Shown here: piece by piece, positions 9,389 to 23,365 of the stretch
How the letters are laid out: every line of letters begins with the position of its first letter
Position numbering within the stretch: the first letter of the stretch is position 1
NCBI GenBank assembly: GCA_002189035.1
Contig: NEEC01000158.1
Span: forward strand, 1-25,668
DNA length: 25,668 bases
Source: Utricularia gibba
Lineage: Eukaryota; Plantae; Magnoliophyta
Direction of reading: 5' to 3'
Translations under genes and position numbers: made by a program
Notes under the pieces: generated by a model
What the model saw: only the letters and a program-made list of their open reading frames with translations
The model's database searches: none
Told to the model about the DNA's origin: nothing

Positions 9389-11663
9389 TGTGCATACGCA
9401 GCAGCACCACGAGGCCACATGGGCTTGGTTAATGCCCGCGTGCTCGAGCAGCAGCCACAAGGCCATACGGCCGTGGAAAAAAAGAAAAACAACCATAAAA
9501 TACAATAAGCCAAAAATAAAAAATAAAATTGATAAACCCTTGGTTCGGTTCGGGCCCAATCAAAACCCGTAGGGTTTAACCCGTTCGGGTTGAACAGAAA
9601 GACAACCCCATGGGTCATGCAAACTGTAATACCCAGAATTTCATCGGGTTGGGTCCGAACCTGAATGGATCCAACCCAGGCCCATCTCTAATCATAATCA
9701 TATGATATAGGTTTATTAAATTATAAATAATTGAAATACATTATTTATTAAACCGTAGGATAACTGTGAAAGCTTCTTTGACTTAATTATTACCATTTGA
9801 TCCTCAGTTGTACTTTGGATGGAGTGTGTATTTTTACTTTAGTCAATTTAATTAGCATTCGATCCTTGGTTATGATTCAGATCATATTTGCTATTTTTTT
9901 ACTTTAAATATTTTTATTATCATTCGATCCTTAAGTATAATGCGGATCGAGCGCGTATTTTTTATTTTAATATTTTTTATTAGCATTCGAACGTTAGGTA
10001 TGCTGCGGATCGAGCGTATATTTTTCACTCTCATATTTTTATTAGCCTTAGATCCTTAGGTATACTTTGGATCGAGTGCATATTCATTTATTTTAAATCT
10101 TAATTAGCGTTCCACCGTTAGGAGCAATTTAGAACGTGTATACATTACAATGCCATGCCACACGGGCGTGGTTTACGCACAACCCACGCCCGTGTGCCCT
10201 TGCAATGTAAACACGCTCCACATTGCTCCTAAGGATCGAGCGTTAACACAAGTTTCAAGTAAACCATCTCCACTCGATCCGAATCATGTCTAAAGACCGA
10301 AAGCCAATAAAAATATTAAAATAAAAAATATACGCTCGATCCGCATCATATCTTAGAATCGAATGCAAATAGAATCGTTCAAATAAAAAATATACACTCG
10401 ATTGGAATCTTAACCAAGGATCGAATGCTAATTAAAATGATTAAAATAAAAATGCACACTCCATCCAAAGTATAACTAAGGGTCGAATGCTAATAAAATT
10501 AAAAACTAAGAAACTTTCACATGTAGTATATGCTTTAATAACTAACGTATTTACATTATTTATATTTTAATAAACATATATCACATGATTATAAAAATAT
10601 TTTTTTTGTCATTGTAGAAAGCTCATCACGCCACGCACACCACCCTGGAGAGGTTTCAACAGCTGTTATGAACTCACAACCCCTTGCTCAGCAGATTCAG
10701 TAAAATTCTCTAACACTTGGGCTTCCAACGGATCATATCCCATATTCATTCATACGAAATTGTGCAAGAATAATGTGACTTTGAGTTTGAACTAGATAGT
10801 AGGACGCTGATCGAAGAATGGCCCATCGAGTCTCTAAAATTGGCCGTCCTCGCTCAACAAATGTGGGGTGCACGTGACATCCCAATTTCAACAAATGCAT
10901 CATGATTTTCGTCGAGTGGGCCCATGAGCCCGTCCGAACCCGGGGCCCGGGCCAAGGGCCCCTCGAGAGCGCCCGCCTCAATACGAGGAGGTGTTCCTTC
11001 AAAAACCATATACGCGTCTCGTCACAACCCAACGTTAATAAATGCATCACTTTTTTTGGCGCGCTACTGCTGACTTTGGGCCTGAGTTCGGCACGACCTC
11101 CGGCTCGATCAGGGTGCCCCCCGAGAGCTCCTCCTTAAGTATAAAGTGTGTTGTTGAAAAAAACCGTGTGCGGTTCTCGTGACATCCTAACTTCAACAAA
11201 TGCATCACGATTTTCGTCGAGTCGGACGGGACCGGGCTCCCGGGGCCCGGACGAGGCGCAGCGCCCGCTCCCCTCCCCCCCAAAACTAGAAGGTGTTCCA
11301 TGGAAAACCATTTAGGCGGCTCGTGACAACCCAAAGTTAATAAATGCATCACTTTCTTTGCCGGGCTACAATGACTTTACGCTCGAGCCTGGTACGACGT
11401 ATGGGAAGATTCGAGTGCCCCCCGAGAGCGTCTCCACAAGTATAAAGCGTGTTGTTGAAAAAACCGTGTTGGGTGCACGTGACATCCTAATTTCAACAAA
11501 TGTGTCACGATTTTCGCCGAGTGGGACCAGAGTGGGCTCATCAGCCAGACCGAACCCGGGGCCCAAGCCAAGGGCCCCTCGAGAGCGCCCCCCACAAAAC
11601 TAGATGGTGTTCCACGAAAAAAAATTAGGCGGCTCGTGATAACCCAACGCTAAGAAATGCATC
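9330..11663. repeat. Unit copy 5
   Basis: 2334 bp; near-identical to neighbours. Confidence 0.97.
9694..10592. repeat. Foldback inverted repeat, copy 5
   Basis: Same structure as 366-1261. Confidence 0.93.
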
Positions 11664-11722
11664 CCTTTTTTCGCCGGGCTAAAACTGACTTTGGGCTCAT
11701 GCCCGGCGCGACCCCCAGCCCG
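10874..11722 (+). repeat. A/B subrepeat block, copy 5
   Basis: Same as 1543-2384. Confidence 0.9.
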
Positions 11723-13996
11723 TGTGCATACGCAGCAGCACCACGAGGCCACATGGGCTTGGTTAATGCCCGCGTGCTCGAGCAGCAGCCACAAGGCCAT
11801 ACGGCCGTGGAAAAAAAGAAAAACAACCATAAAATACAATAAGCCAAAAATAAAAAATAAAATTGATAAACCCTTGGTTCGGTTCGGGCCCAATCAAAAC
11901 CCGTAGGGTTTAACCCGTTCGGGTTGAACAGAAAGACAACCCCATGGGTCATGCAAACTGTAATACCCAGAATTTCATCGGGTTGGGTCCGAACCTGAAT
12001 GGATCCAACCCAGGCCCATCTCTAATCATAATCATATGATATAGGTTTATTAAATTATAAATAATTGAAATACATTATTTATTAAACCGTAGGATAACTG
12101 TGAAAGCTTCTTTGACTTAATTATTACCATTTGATCCTCAGTTGTACTTTGGATGGAGTGTGTATTTTTACTTTAGTCAATTTAATTAGCATTCGATCCT
12201 TGGTTATGATTCAGATCATATTTGCTATTTTTTTACTTTAAATATTTTTATTATCATTCGATCCTTAAGTATAATGCGGATCGAGCGCGTATTTTTTATT
12301 TTAATATTTTTTATTAGCATTCGAACGTTAGGTATGCTGCGGATCGAGCGTATATTTTTCACTCTCATATTTTTATTAGCCTTAGATCCTTAGGTATACT
12401 TTGGATCGAGTGCATATTCATTTATTTTAAATCTTAATTAGCGTTCCACCGTTAGGAGCAATTTAGAACGTGTATACATTACAATGCCATGCCACACGGG
12501 CGTGGTTTACGCACAACCCACGCCCGTGTGCCCTTGCAATGTAAACACGCTCCACATTGCTCCTAAGGATCGAGCGTTAACACAAGTTTCAAGTAAACCA
12601 TCTCCACTCGATCCGAATCATGTCTAAAGACCGAAAGCCAATAAAAATATTAAAATAAAAAATATACGCTCGATCCGCATCATATCTTAGAATCGAATGC
12701 AAATAGAATCGTTCAAATAAAAAATATACACTCGATTGGAATCTTAACCAAGGATCGAATGCTAATTAAAATGATTAAAATAAAAATGCACACTCCATCC
12801 AAAGTATAACTAAGGGTCGAATGCTAATAAAATTAAAAACTAAGAAACTTTCACATGTAGTATATGCTTTAATAACTAACGTATTTACATTATTTATATT
12901 TTAATAAACATATATCACATGATTATAAAAATATTTTTTTTGTCATTGTAGAAAGCTCATCACGCCACGCACACCACCCTGGAGAGGTTTCAACAGCTGT
13001 TATGAACTCACAACCCCTTGCTCAGCAGATTCAGTAAAATTCTCTAACACTTGGGCTTCCAACGGATCATATCCCATATTCATTCATACGAAATTGTGCA
13101 AGAATAATGTGACTTTGAGTTTGAACTAGATAGTAGGACGCTGATCGAAGAATGGCCCATCGAGTCTCTAAAATTGGCCGTCCTCGCTCAACAAATGTGG
13201 GGTGCACGTGACATCCCAATTTCAACAAATGCATCATGATTTTCGTCGAGTGGGCCCATGAGCCCGTCCGAACCCGGGGCCCGGGCCAAGGGCCCCTCGA
13301 GAGCGCCCGCCTCAATACGAGGAGGTGTTCCTTCAAAAACCATATACGCGTCTCGTCACAACCCAACGTTAATAAATGCATCACTTTTTTTGGCGCGCTA
13401 CTGCTGACTTTGGGCCTGAGTTCGGCACGACCTCCGGCCGATCAGGGTGCCCCCCGAGAGCTCCTCCTTAAGTATAAAGTGTGTTGTTGAAAAAAACCGT
13501 GTGCGGTTCTCGTGACATCCTAACTTCAACAAATGCATCACGATTTTCGTCGAGTCGGACGGGACCGGGCTCCCGGGGCCCGGACGAGGCGCAGCGCCCG
13601 CTCCCCTCCCCCCCAAAACTAGAAGGTGTTCCATGGAAAACCATTTAGGCGGCTCGTGACAACCCAAAGTTAATAAATGCATCACTTTCTTTGCCGGGCT
13701 ACAATGACTTTACGCTCGAGCCTGGTACGACGTATGGGAAGATTCGAGTGCCCCCCGAGAGCGTCTCCACAAGTATAAAGCGTGTTGTTGAAAAAACCGT
13801 GTTGGGTGCACGTGACATCCTAATTTCAACAAATGTGTCACGATTTTCGCCGAGTGGGACCAGAGTGGGCTCATCAGCCAGACCGAACCCGGGGCCCAAG
13901 CCAAGGGCCCCTCGAGAGCGCCCCCCACAAAACTAGATGGTGTTCCACGAAAAAAAATTAGGCGGCTCGTGATAACCCAACGCTAAGAAATGCATC
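11664..13996. repeat. Unit copy 6
   Basis: 2333 bp; near-identical to neighbours. Confidence 0.97.
12028..12926. repeat. Foldback inverted repeat, copy 6
   Basis: Same structure as 366-1261. Confidence 0.93.
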
Positions 13997-14055
13997 CCTT
14001 TTTTCGCCGGGCTAAAACTGACTTTGGGCTCATGCCCGGCGCGACCCCCAGCCCG
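13208..14055 (+). repeat. A/B subrepeat block, copy 6
   Basis: Same as 1543-2384. Confidence 0.9.
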
Positions 14056-16330
14056 TGTGCATACGCAGCAGCACCACGAGGCCACATGGGCTTGGTTAAT
14101 GCCCGCGTGCTCGAGCAGCAGCCACAAGGCCATACGGCCGTGGAAAAAAAGAAAAACAACCATAAAATACAATAAGCCAAAAATAAAAAATAAAATTGAT
14201 AAACCCTTGGTTCGGTTCGGGCCCAATCAAAACCCGTAGGGTTTAACCCGTTCGGGTTGAACAGAAAGACAACCCCATGGGTCATGCAAACTGTAATACC
14301 CAGAATTTCATCGGGTTGGGTCCGAACCTGAATGGATCCAACCCAGGCCCATCTCTAATCATAATCATATGATATAGGTTTATTAAATTATAAATAATTG
14401 AAATACATTATTTATTAAACCGTAGGATAACTGTGAAAGCTTCTTTGACTTAATTATTACCATTTGATCCTCAGTTGTACTTTGGATGGAGTGTGTATTT
14501 TTACTTTAGTCAATTTAATTAGCATTCGATCCTTGGTTATGATTCAGATCATATTTGCTATTTTTTTACTTTAAATATTTTTATTATCATTCGATCCTTA
14601 AGTATAATGCGGATCGAGCGCGTATTTTTTATTTTAATATTTTTTATTAGCATTCGAACGTTAGGTATGCTGCGGATCGAGCGTATATTTTTCACTCTCA
14701 TATTTTTATTAGCCTTAGATCCTTAGGTATACTTTGGATCGAGTGCATATTCATTTATTTTAAATCTTAATTAGCGTTCCACCGTTAGGAGCAATTTAGA
14801 ACGTGTATACATTACAATGCCATGCCACACGGGCGTGGTTTACGCACAACCCACGCCCGTGTGCCCTTGCAATGTAAACACGCTCCACATTGCTCCTAAG
14901 GATCGAGCGTTAACACAAGTTTCAAGTAAACCATCTCCACTCGATCCGAATCATGTCTAAAGACCGAAAGCCAATAAAAATATTAAAATAAAAAATATAC
15001 GCTCGATCCGCATCATATCTTAGAATCGAATGCAAATAGAATCGTTCAAATAAAAAATATACACTCGATTGGAATCTTAACCAAGGATCGAATGCTAATT
15101 AAAATGATTAAAATAAAAATGCACACTCCATCCAAAGTATAACTAAGGGTCGAATGCTAATAAAATTAAAAACTAAGAAACTTTCACATGTAGTATATGC
15201 TTTAATAACTAACGTATTTACATTATTTATATTTTAATAAACATATATCACATGATTATAAAAATATTTTTTTTGTCATTGTAGAAAGCTCATCACGCCA
15301 CGCACACCACCCTGGAGAGGTTTCAACAGCTGTTATGAACTCACAACCCCTTGCTCAGCAGATTCAGTAAAATTCTCTAACACTTGGGCTTCCAACGGAT
15401 CATATCCCATATTCATTCATACGAAATTGTGCAAGAATAATGTGACTTTGAGTTTGAACTAGATAGTAGGACGCTGATCGAAGAATGGCCCATCGAGTCT
15501 CTAAAATTGGCCGTCCTCGCTCAACAAATGTGGGGTGCACGTGACATCCCAATTTCAACAAATGCATCATGATTTTCGTCGAGTGGGCCCATGAGCCCGT
15601 CCGAACCCGGGGCCCGGGCCAAGGGCCCCTCGAGAGCGCCCGCCTCAATACGAGGAGGTGTTCCTTCAAAAACCATATACGCGTCTCGTCACAACCCAAC
15701 GTTAATAAATGCATCACTTTTTTTGGCGCGCTACTGCTGACTTTGGGCCTGAGTTCGGCACGACCTCCGGCCGATCAGGGTGCCCCCCGAGAGCTCCTCC
15801 TTAAGTATAAAGTGTGTTGTTGAAAAAAACCGTGTGCGGTTCTCGTGACATCCTAACTTCAACAAATGCATCACGATTTTCGTCGAGTCGGACGGGACCG
15901 GGCTCCCGGGGCCCGGACGAGGCGCAGCGCCCGCTCCCCTCCCCCCCAAAACTAGAAGGTGTTCCATGGAAAACCATTTAGGCGGCTCGTGACAACCCAA
16001 AGTTAATAAATGCATCACTTTCTTTGCCGGGCTACAATGACTTTACGCTCGAGCCTGGTACGACGTATGGGAAGATTCGAGTGCCCCCCGAGAGCGTCTC
16101 CACAAGTATAAAGCGTGTTGTTGAAAAAACCGTGTTGGGTGCACGTGACATCCTAATTTCAACAAATGTGTCACGATTTTCGCCGAGTGGGACCAGAGTG
16201 GGCTCATCAGCCAGACCGAACCCGGGGCCCAAGCCAAGGGCCCCTCGAGAGCGCCCCCCCACAAAACTAGATGGTGTTCCACGAAAAAAAATTAGGCGGC
16301 TCGTGATAACCCAACGCTAAGAAATGCATC
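13997..16330. repeat. Unit copy 7
   Basis: 2334 bp; near-identical to neighbours. Confidence 0.97.
14361..15259. repeat. Foldback inverted repeat, copy 7
   Basis: Same structure as 366-1261. Confidence 0.93.
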
Positions 16331-16389
16331 CCTTTTTTCGCCGGGCTAAAACTGACTTTGGGCTCATGCCCGGCGCGACCCCCAGCCCG
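15541..16389 (+). repeat. A/B subrepeat block, copy 7
   Basis: Same as 1543-2384. Confidence 0.9.
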
Positions 16390-18664
16390 TGTGCATACGC
16401 AGCAGCACCACGAGGCCACATGGGCTTGGTTAATGCCCGCGTGCTCGAGCAGCAGCCACAAGGCCATACGGCCGTGGAAAAAAAGAAAAACAACCATAAA
16501 ATACAATAAGCCAAAAATAAAAAATAAAATTGATAAACCCTTGGTTCGGTTCGGGCCCAATCAAAACCCGTAGGGTTTAACCCGTTCGGGTTGAACAGAA
16601 AGACAACCCCATGGGTCATGCAAACTGTAATACCCAGAATTTCATCGGGTTGGGTCCGAACCTGAATGGATCCAACCCAGGCCCATCTCTAATCATAATC
16701 ATATGATATAGGTTTATTAAATTATAAATAATTGAAATACATTATTTATTAAACCGTAGGATAACTGTGAAAGCTTCTTTGACTTAATTATTACCATTTG
16801 ATCCTCAGTTGTACTTTGGATGGAGTGTGTATTTTTACTTTAGTCAATTTAATTAGCATTCGATCCTTGGTTATGATTCAGATCATATTTGCTATTTTTT
16901 TACTTTAAATATTTTTATTATCATTCGATCCTTAAGTATAATGCGGATCGAGCGCGTATTTTTTATTTTAATATTTTTTATTAGCATTCGAACGTTAGGT
17001 ATGCTGCGGATCGAGCGTATATTTTTCACTCTCATATTTTTATTAGCCTTAGATCCTTAGGTATACTTTGGATCGAGTGCATATTCATTTATTTTAAATC
17101 TTAATTAGCGTTCCACCGTTAGGAGCAATTTAGAACGTGTATACATTACAATGCCATGCCACACGGGCGTGGTTTACGCACAACCCACGCCCGTGTGCCC
17201 TTGCAATGTAAACACGCTCCACATTGCTCCTAAGGATCGAGCGTTAACACAAGTTTCAAGTAAACCATCTCCACTCGATCCGAATCATGTCTAAAGACCG
17301 AAAGCCAATAAAAATATTAAAATAAAAAATATACGCTCGATCCGCATCATATCTTAGAATCGAATGCAAATAGAATCGTTCAAATAAAAAATATACACTC
17401 GATTGGAATCTTAACCAAGGATCGAATGCTAATTAAAATGATTAAAATAAAAATGCACACTCCATCCAAAGTATAACTAAGGGTCGAATGCTAATAAAAT
17501 TAAAAACTAAGAAACTTTCACATGTAGTATATGCTTTAATAACTAACGTATTTACATTATTTATATTTTAATAAACATATATCACATGATTATAAAAATA
17601 TTTTTTTTGTCATTGTAGAAAGCTCATCACGCCACGCACACCACCCTGGAGAGGTTTCAACAGCTGTTATGAACTCACAACCCCTTGCTCAGCAGATTCA
17701 GTAAAATTCTCTAACACTTGGGCTTCCAACGGATCATATCCCATATTCATTCATACGAAATTGTGCAAGAATAATGTGACTTTGAGTTTGAACTAGATAG
17801 TAGGACGCTGATCGAAGAATGGCCCATCGAGTCTCTAAAATTGGCCGTCCTCGCTCAACAAATGTGGGGTGCACGTGACATCCCAATTTCAACAAATGCA
17901 TCATGATTTTCGTCGAGTGGGCCCATGAGCCCGTCCGAACCCGGGGCCCGGGCCAAGGGCCCCTCGAGAGCGCCCGCCTCAATACGAGGAGGTGTTCCTT
18001 CAAAAACCATATACGCGTCTCGTCACAACCCAACGTTAATAAATGCATCACTTTTTTTGGCGCGCTACTGCTGACTTTGGGCCTGAGTTCGGCACGACCT
18101 CCGGCCGATCAGGGTGCCCCCCCGAGAGCTCCTCCTTAAGTATAAAGTGTGTTGTTGAAAAAAACCGTGTGCGGTTCTCGTGACATCCTAACTTCAACAA
18201 ATGCATCACGATTTTCGTCGAGTCGGACGGGACCGGGCTCCCGGGGCCCGGACGAGGCGCAGCGCCCGCTCCCCTCCCCCCCAAAACTAGAAGGTGTTCC
18301 ATGGAAAACCATTTAGGCGGCTCGTGACAACCCAAAGTTAATAAATGCATCACTTTCTTTGCCGGGCTACAATGACTTTACGCTCGAGCCTGGTACGACG
18401 TATGGGAAGATTCGAGTGCCCCCCGAGAGCGTCTCCACAAGTATAAAGCGTGTTGTTGAAAAAACCGTGTTGGGTGCACGTGACATCCTAATTTCAACAA
18501 ATGTGTCACGATTTTCGCCGAGTGGGACCAGAGTGGGCTCATCAGCCAGACCGAACCCGGGGCCCAAGCCAAGGGCCCCTCGAGAGCGCCCCCCACAAAA
18601 CTAGATGGTGTTCCACGAAAAAAAATTAGGCGGCTCGTGATAACCCAACGCTAAGAAATGCATC
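16331..18664. repeat. Unit copy 8
   Basis: 2334 bp; near-identical to neighbours. Confidence 0.97.
16695..17593. repeat. Foldback inverted repeat, copy 8
   Basis: Same structure as 366-1261. Confidence 0.93.
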
Positions 18665-18723
18665 CCTTTTTTCGCCGGGCTAAAACTGACTTTGGGCTCA
18701 TGCCCGGCGCGACCCCCAGCCCG
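17875..18723 (+). repeat. A/B subrepeat block, copy 8
   Basis: Same as 1543-2384. Confidence 0.9.
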
Positions 18724-20994
18724 TGTGCATACGCAGCAGCACCACGAGGCCACATGGGCTTGGTTAATGCCCGCGTGCTCGAGCAGCAGCCACAAGGCCA
18801 TACGGCCGTGGAAAAAAAGAAAACAACCATAAAATACAATAAGCCAAAAATAAAAAATAAAATTGATAAACCCTTGGTTCGGTTCGGGCCCAATCAAAAC
18901 CCGTAGGGTTTAACCCGTTCGGGTTGAACAGAAAGACAACCCCATGGGTCATGCAAACTGTAATACCCAGAATTTCATCGGGTTGGGTCCGAACCTGAAT
19001 GGATCCAACCCAGGCCCATCTCTAATCATAATCATATGATATAGGTTTATTAAATTATAAATAATTGAAATACATTATTTATTAAACCGTAGGATAACTG
19101 TGAAAGCTTCTTTGACTTAATTATTACCATTTGATCCTCAGTTGTACTTTGGATGGAGTGTGTATTTTTACTTTAGTCAATTTAATTAGCATTCGATCCT
19201 TGGTTATGATTCAGATCATATTTGCTATTTTTTTACTTTAAATATTTTTATTATCATTCGATCCTTAAGTATAATGCGGATCGAGCGCGTATTTTTTATT
19301 TTAATATTTTTTATTAGCATTCGAACGTTAGGTATGCTGCGGATCGAGCGTATATTTTTCACTCTCATATTTTTATTAGCCTTAGATCCTTAGGTATACT
19401 TTGGATCGAGTGCATATTCATTTATTTTAAATCTTAATTAGCGTTCCACCGTTAGGAGCAATTTAGAACGTGTATACATTACAATGCCATGCCACACGGG
19501 CGTGGTTTACGCACAACCCACGCCCGTGTGCCCTTGCAATGTAAACACGCTCCACATTGCTCCTAAGGATCGAGCGTTAACACAAGTTTCAAGTAAACCA
19601 TCTCCACTCGATCCGAATCATGTCTAAAGACCGAAAGCCAATAAAAATATTAAAATAAAAAATATACGCTCGATCCGCATCATATCTTAGAATCGAATGC
19701 AAATAGAATCGTTCAAATAAAAAATATACACTCGATTGGAATCTTAACCAAGGATCGAATGCTAATTAAAATGATTAAAATAAAAATGCACACTCCATCC
19801 AAAGTATAACTAAGGGTCGAATGCTAATAAAATTAAAAACTAAGAAACTTTCACATGTAGTATATGCTTTAATAACTAACGTATTTACATTATTTATATT
19901 TTAATAAACATATATCACATGATTATAAAAATATTTTTTTTGTCATTGTAGAAAGCTCATCACGCCACGCACACCACCCTGGAGAGGTTTCAACAGCTGT
20001 TATGAACTCACAACCCCTTGCTCAGCAGATTCAGTAAAATTCTCTAACACTTGGGCTTCCAACGGATCATATCCCATATTCATTCATACGAAATTGTGCA
20101 AGAATAATGTGACTTTGAGTTTGAACTAGATAGTAGGACGCTGATCGAAGAATGGCCCATCGAGTCTCTAAAATTGGCCGTCCTCGCTCAACAAATGTGG
20201 GGTGCACGTGACATCCCAATTTCAACAAATGCATCATGATTTTCGTCGAGTGGGCCCATGAGCCCGTCCGAACCCGGGGCCCGGGCCAAGGGCCCCTCGA
20301 GAGCGCCCGCCTCAATACGAGGAGGTGTTCCTTCAAAAACCATATACGCGTCTCGTCACAACCCAACGTTAATAAATGCATCACTTTTTTTGGCGCGCTA
20401 CTGCTGACTTTGGGCCGAGTTCGGCACGACCTCCGGCTCGATCAGGGTGCCCCCCCGAGAGCTCCTCCTTAAGTATAAAGTGTGTTGTTGAAAAAAACCG
20501 TGTGCGGTTCTCGTGACATCCTAACTTCAACAAATGCATCACGATTTTCGTCGAGTCGGACGGGACCGGGCTCCCGGGGCCCGGACGAGGCGCAGCGCCC
20601 GCTCCCCTCCCCCCAAAACTAGAAGGTGTTCCATGGAAAACCATTTAGGCGGCTCGTGACAACCCAAAGTTAATAAATGCATCACTTTCTTTGCCGGGCT
20701 ACAATGACTTTACGCTCGAGCCTGGTACGACGTATGGGAAGATTCGAGTGCCCCCCGAGAGCGTCTCCACAAGTATAAAGCGTGTTGTTGAAAAAACCGT
20801 GTTGGGTGCACGTGACATCCTAATTTCAACAAATGTGTCACGATTTTCGCCGAGTGGGACCAGAGTGGGCTCATCAGCCAGACCGAACCCGGGGCCCAAG
20901 CCAAGGCCCTCGAGAGCGCCCCCCACAAAACTAGATGGTGTTCCACGAAAAAAAATTAGGCGGCTCGTGATAACCCAACGCTAAGAAATGCATC
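18665..20994. repeat. Unit copy 9
   Basis: 2330 bp; a few single-base deletions. Confidence 0.97.
19028..19926. repeat. Foldback inverted repeat, copy 9
   Basis: Same structure as 366-1261. Confidence 0.93.
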
Positions 20995-21053
20995 CCTTTT
21001 TTCGCCGGGCTAAAACTGACTTTGGGCTCATGCCCGGCGCGACCCCCAGCCCG
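20208..21053 (+). repeat. A/B subrepeat block, copy 9
   Basis: Same as 1543-2384. Confidence 0.9.
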
Positions 21054-23306
21054 TGTGCATACGCAGCAGCACCACGAGGCCACATGGGCTTGGTTAATGC
21101 CCGCGTGCTCGAGCAGCAGCCACAAGGCCATACGGCCGTGGAAAAAAGAAAACAACCATAAAATACAATAAGCCAAAAATAAAAAATAAAATTGATAAAC
21201 CCTTGGTTCGGTTCGGGCCCAATCAAAACCCGTAGGGTTTAACCCGTTCGGTTGAACAGAAAGACAACCCCATGGGTCATGCAAACTGTAATACCCAGAA
21301 TTTCATCGGGTTGGGTCCGAACCTGAATGGATCCAACCCAGGCCCATCTCTAATCATAATCATATGATATAGGTTTATTAAATTATAAATAATTGAAATA
21401 CATTATTTATTAAACCGTAGGATAACTGTGAAAGCTTCTTTGACTTAATTATTACCATTTGATCCTCAGTTGTACTTTGGATGGAGTGTGTATTTTTACT
21501 TTAGTCAATTTAATTAGCATTCGATCCTTGGTTATGATTCAGATCATATTTGCTATTTTTTTACTTTAAATATTTTTATTATCATTCGATCCTTAAGTAT
21601 AATGCGGATCGAGCGCGTATTTTTTATTTTAATATTTTTTATTAGCATTCGAACGTTAGGTATGCTGCGGATCGAGCGTATATTTTTCACTCTCATATTT
21701 TTATTAGCCTTAGATCCTTAGGTATACTTTGGATCGAGTGCATATTCATTTATTTTAAATCTTAATTAGCGTTCCACCGTTAGGAGCAATTTAGAACGTG
21801 TATACATTACAATGCCATGCCACACGGGCGTGGTTTACGCACAACCCACGCCCGTGTGCCCTTGCAATGTAAACACGCTCCACATTGCTCCTAAGGATCG
21901 AGCGTTTGTAAACCATCTCCACTCGATCCGAATCATGTCTAAAGACCGAAAGCCAATAAAAATATTAAAATAAAAAATATACGCTCGATCCGCATCATAT
22001 CTTAGAATCGAATGCAAATAGAATCGTTCAAATAAAAAATATACACGATTGGAATCTAACCAAGGATCGAATGCTAATTAAAATGATTAAAATAAAAATG
22101 CACACTCCATCCAAAGTATAACTAAGGGTCGAATGCTAATAAAATTAAAAACTAAGAAACTTTCACATGTAGTATATGCTTTAATAACTAACGTATTTAC
22201 ATTATTTATATTTTAATAAACATATATCACATGATTATAAAAATATTTTTTTTGTCATTGTAGAAAGCTCATCACGCCACGTACACCACCCTGGAGAGGT
22301 TTCAACAGCTGTTATGAACTCACAACCCCTTGCTCAGCAGATTCAGTAAAATTCTCTAACACTTGGGCTTCCAACGGATCATATCCCATATTCATTCATA
22401 CGAAATTGTGCAAGAATAATGTGACTTTGAGTTTGAACTAGATAGTAGGACGCTGATCGAAGAATGGCCCATCGAGTCTCTAAAATTGGCCGTCCTCGCT
22501 CAACAAATGTGTGGGTGCACGTGACATCCCAATTTCAACAAATGCATCATGATTTTCGTCGAGTGGGCCCATGAGCCCGTCCGAACCCGGGGCCCGGGCC
22601 AAGGGCCCCTCGAGAGCGCCCGCCTCAATACGAGGAGGTGTTCCTTCAAAAACCATATACGCGTCTCGTCACAACCCAACGTTAATAAATGCATCACTTT
22701 TTTTGGCGCGCTACTGCTGACTTTGGGCCCGAGTTCGGCACGACCTCCGCCCGATCAGGGTGCCCCCCCGAGAGCTCCTCCTTAAGTATAAAGTGTGTTG
22801 TTGAAAAAACGTGTGCGGTTCTCGTGACATCCTAACTTCAACAAATGCATCACGATTTTCGTCGAGTCGGACGGGACCGGGCTCCCGGGGCCCGGACGAG
22901 GCGCAGCGCCCGCTCCCCTCCCCCCAAAACTAGAAGGTGTTCCATGGAAAACCATTTAGGCGGCTCGTGACAACCCAAAGTTAATAAATGCATCACTTTC
23001 TTTGCCGGGCTACAATGACTTTACGCTCGAGCCTGGTACGACGTATGGGAAGATTCGAGTGCCCCCCGAGAGCGTCTCCACAAGTATAAAGCGTGTTGTT
23101 GAAAAAACCGTGTTGGGTGCACGTGACATCCTAATTTCAACAAATGTGTCACGATTTTCGCCGAGTGGGACCAGAGTGGGCTCATCAGCCAGACCGAACC
23201 CGGGGCCCAAGCCAAGGGCCCCTCGAGAGCGCCCCCCACAAAACTAGATGGTGTCCACGAAAAAAAATTAGGCGGCTCGTGATAACCCAACGCTAAGAAA
23301 TGCATC
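20995..23306. repeat. Unit copy 10
   Basis: 2312 bp; 13-bp net deletion near 21905 plus smaller indels. Confidence 0.97.
21356..22238. repeat. Foldback inverted repeat, copy 10 (deletions in right arm)
   Basis: Same structure; right arm shortened by 13 bp near 21905 and by smaller deletions near 22045-22058. Confidence 0.92.
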
Positions 23307-23365
23307 CCTTTTTTCGCCGGGCTAAAACTGACTTTGGGCTCATGCCCGGCGCGACCCCCAGCCCG
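22521..23365 (+). repeat. A/B subrepeat block, copy 10
   Basis: Same as 1543-2384. Confidence 0.9.
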
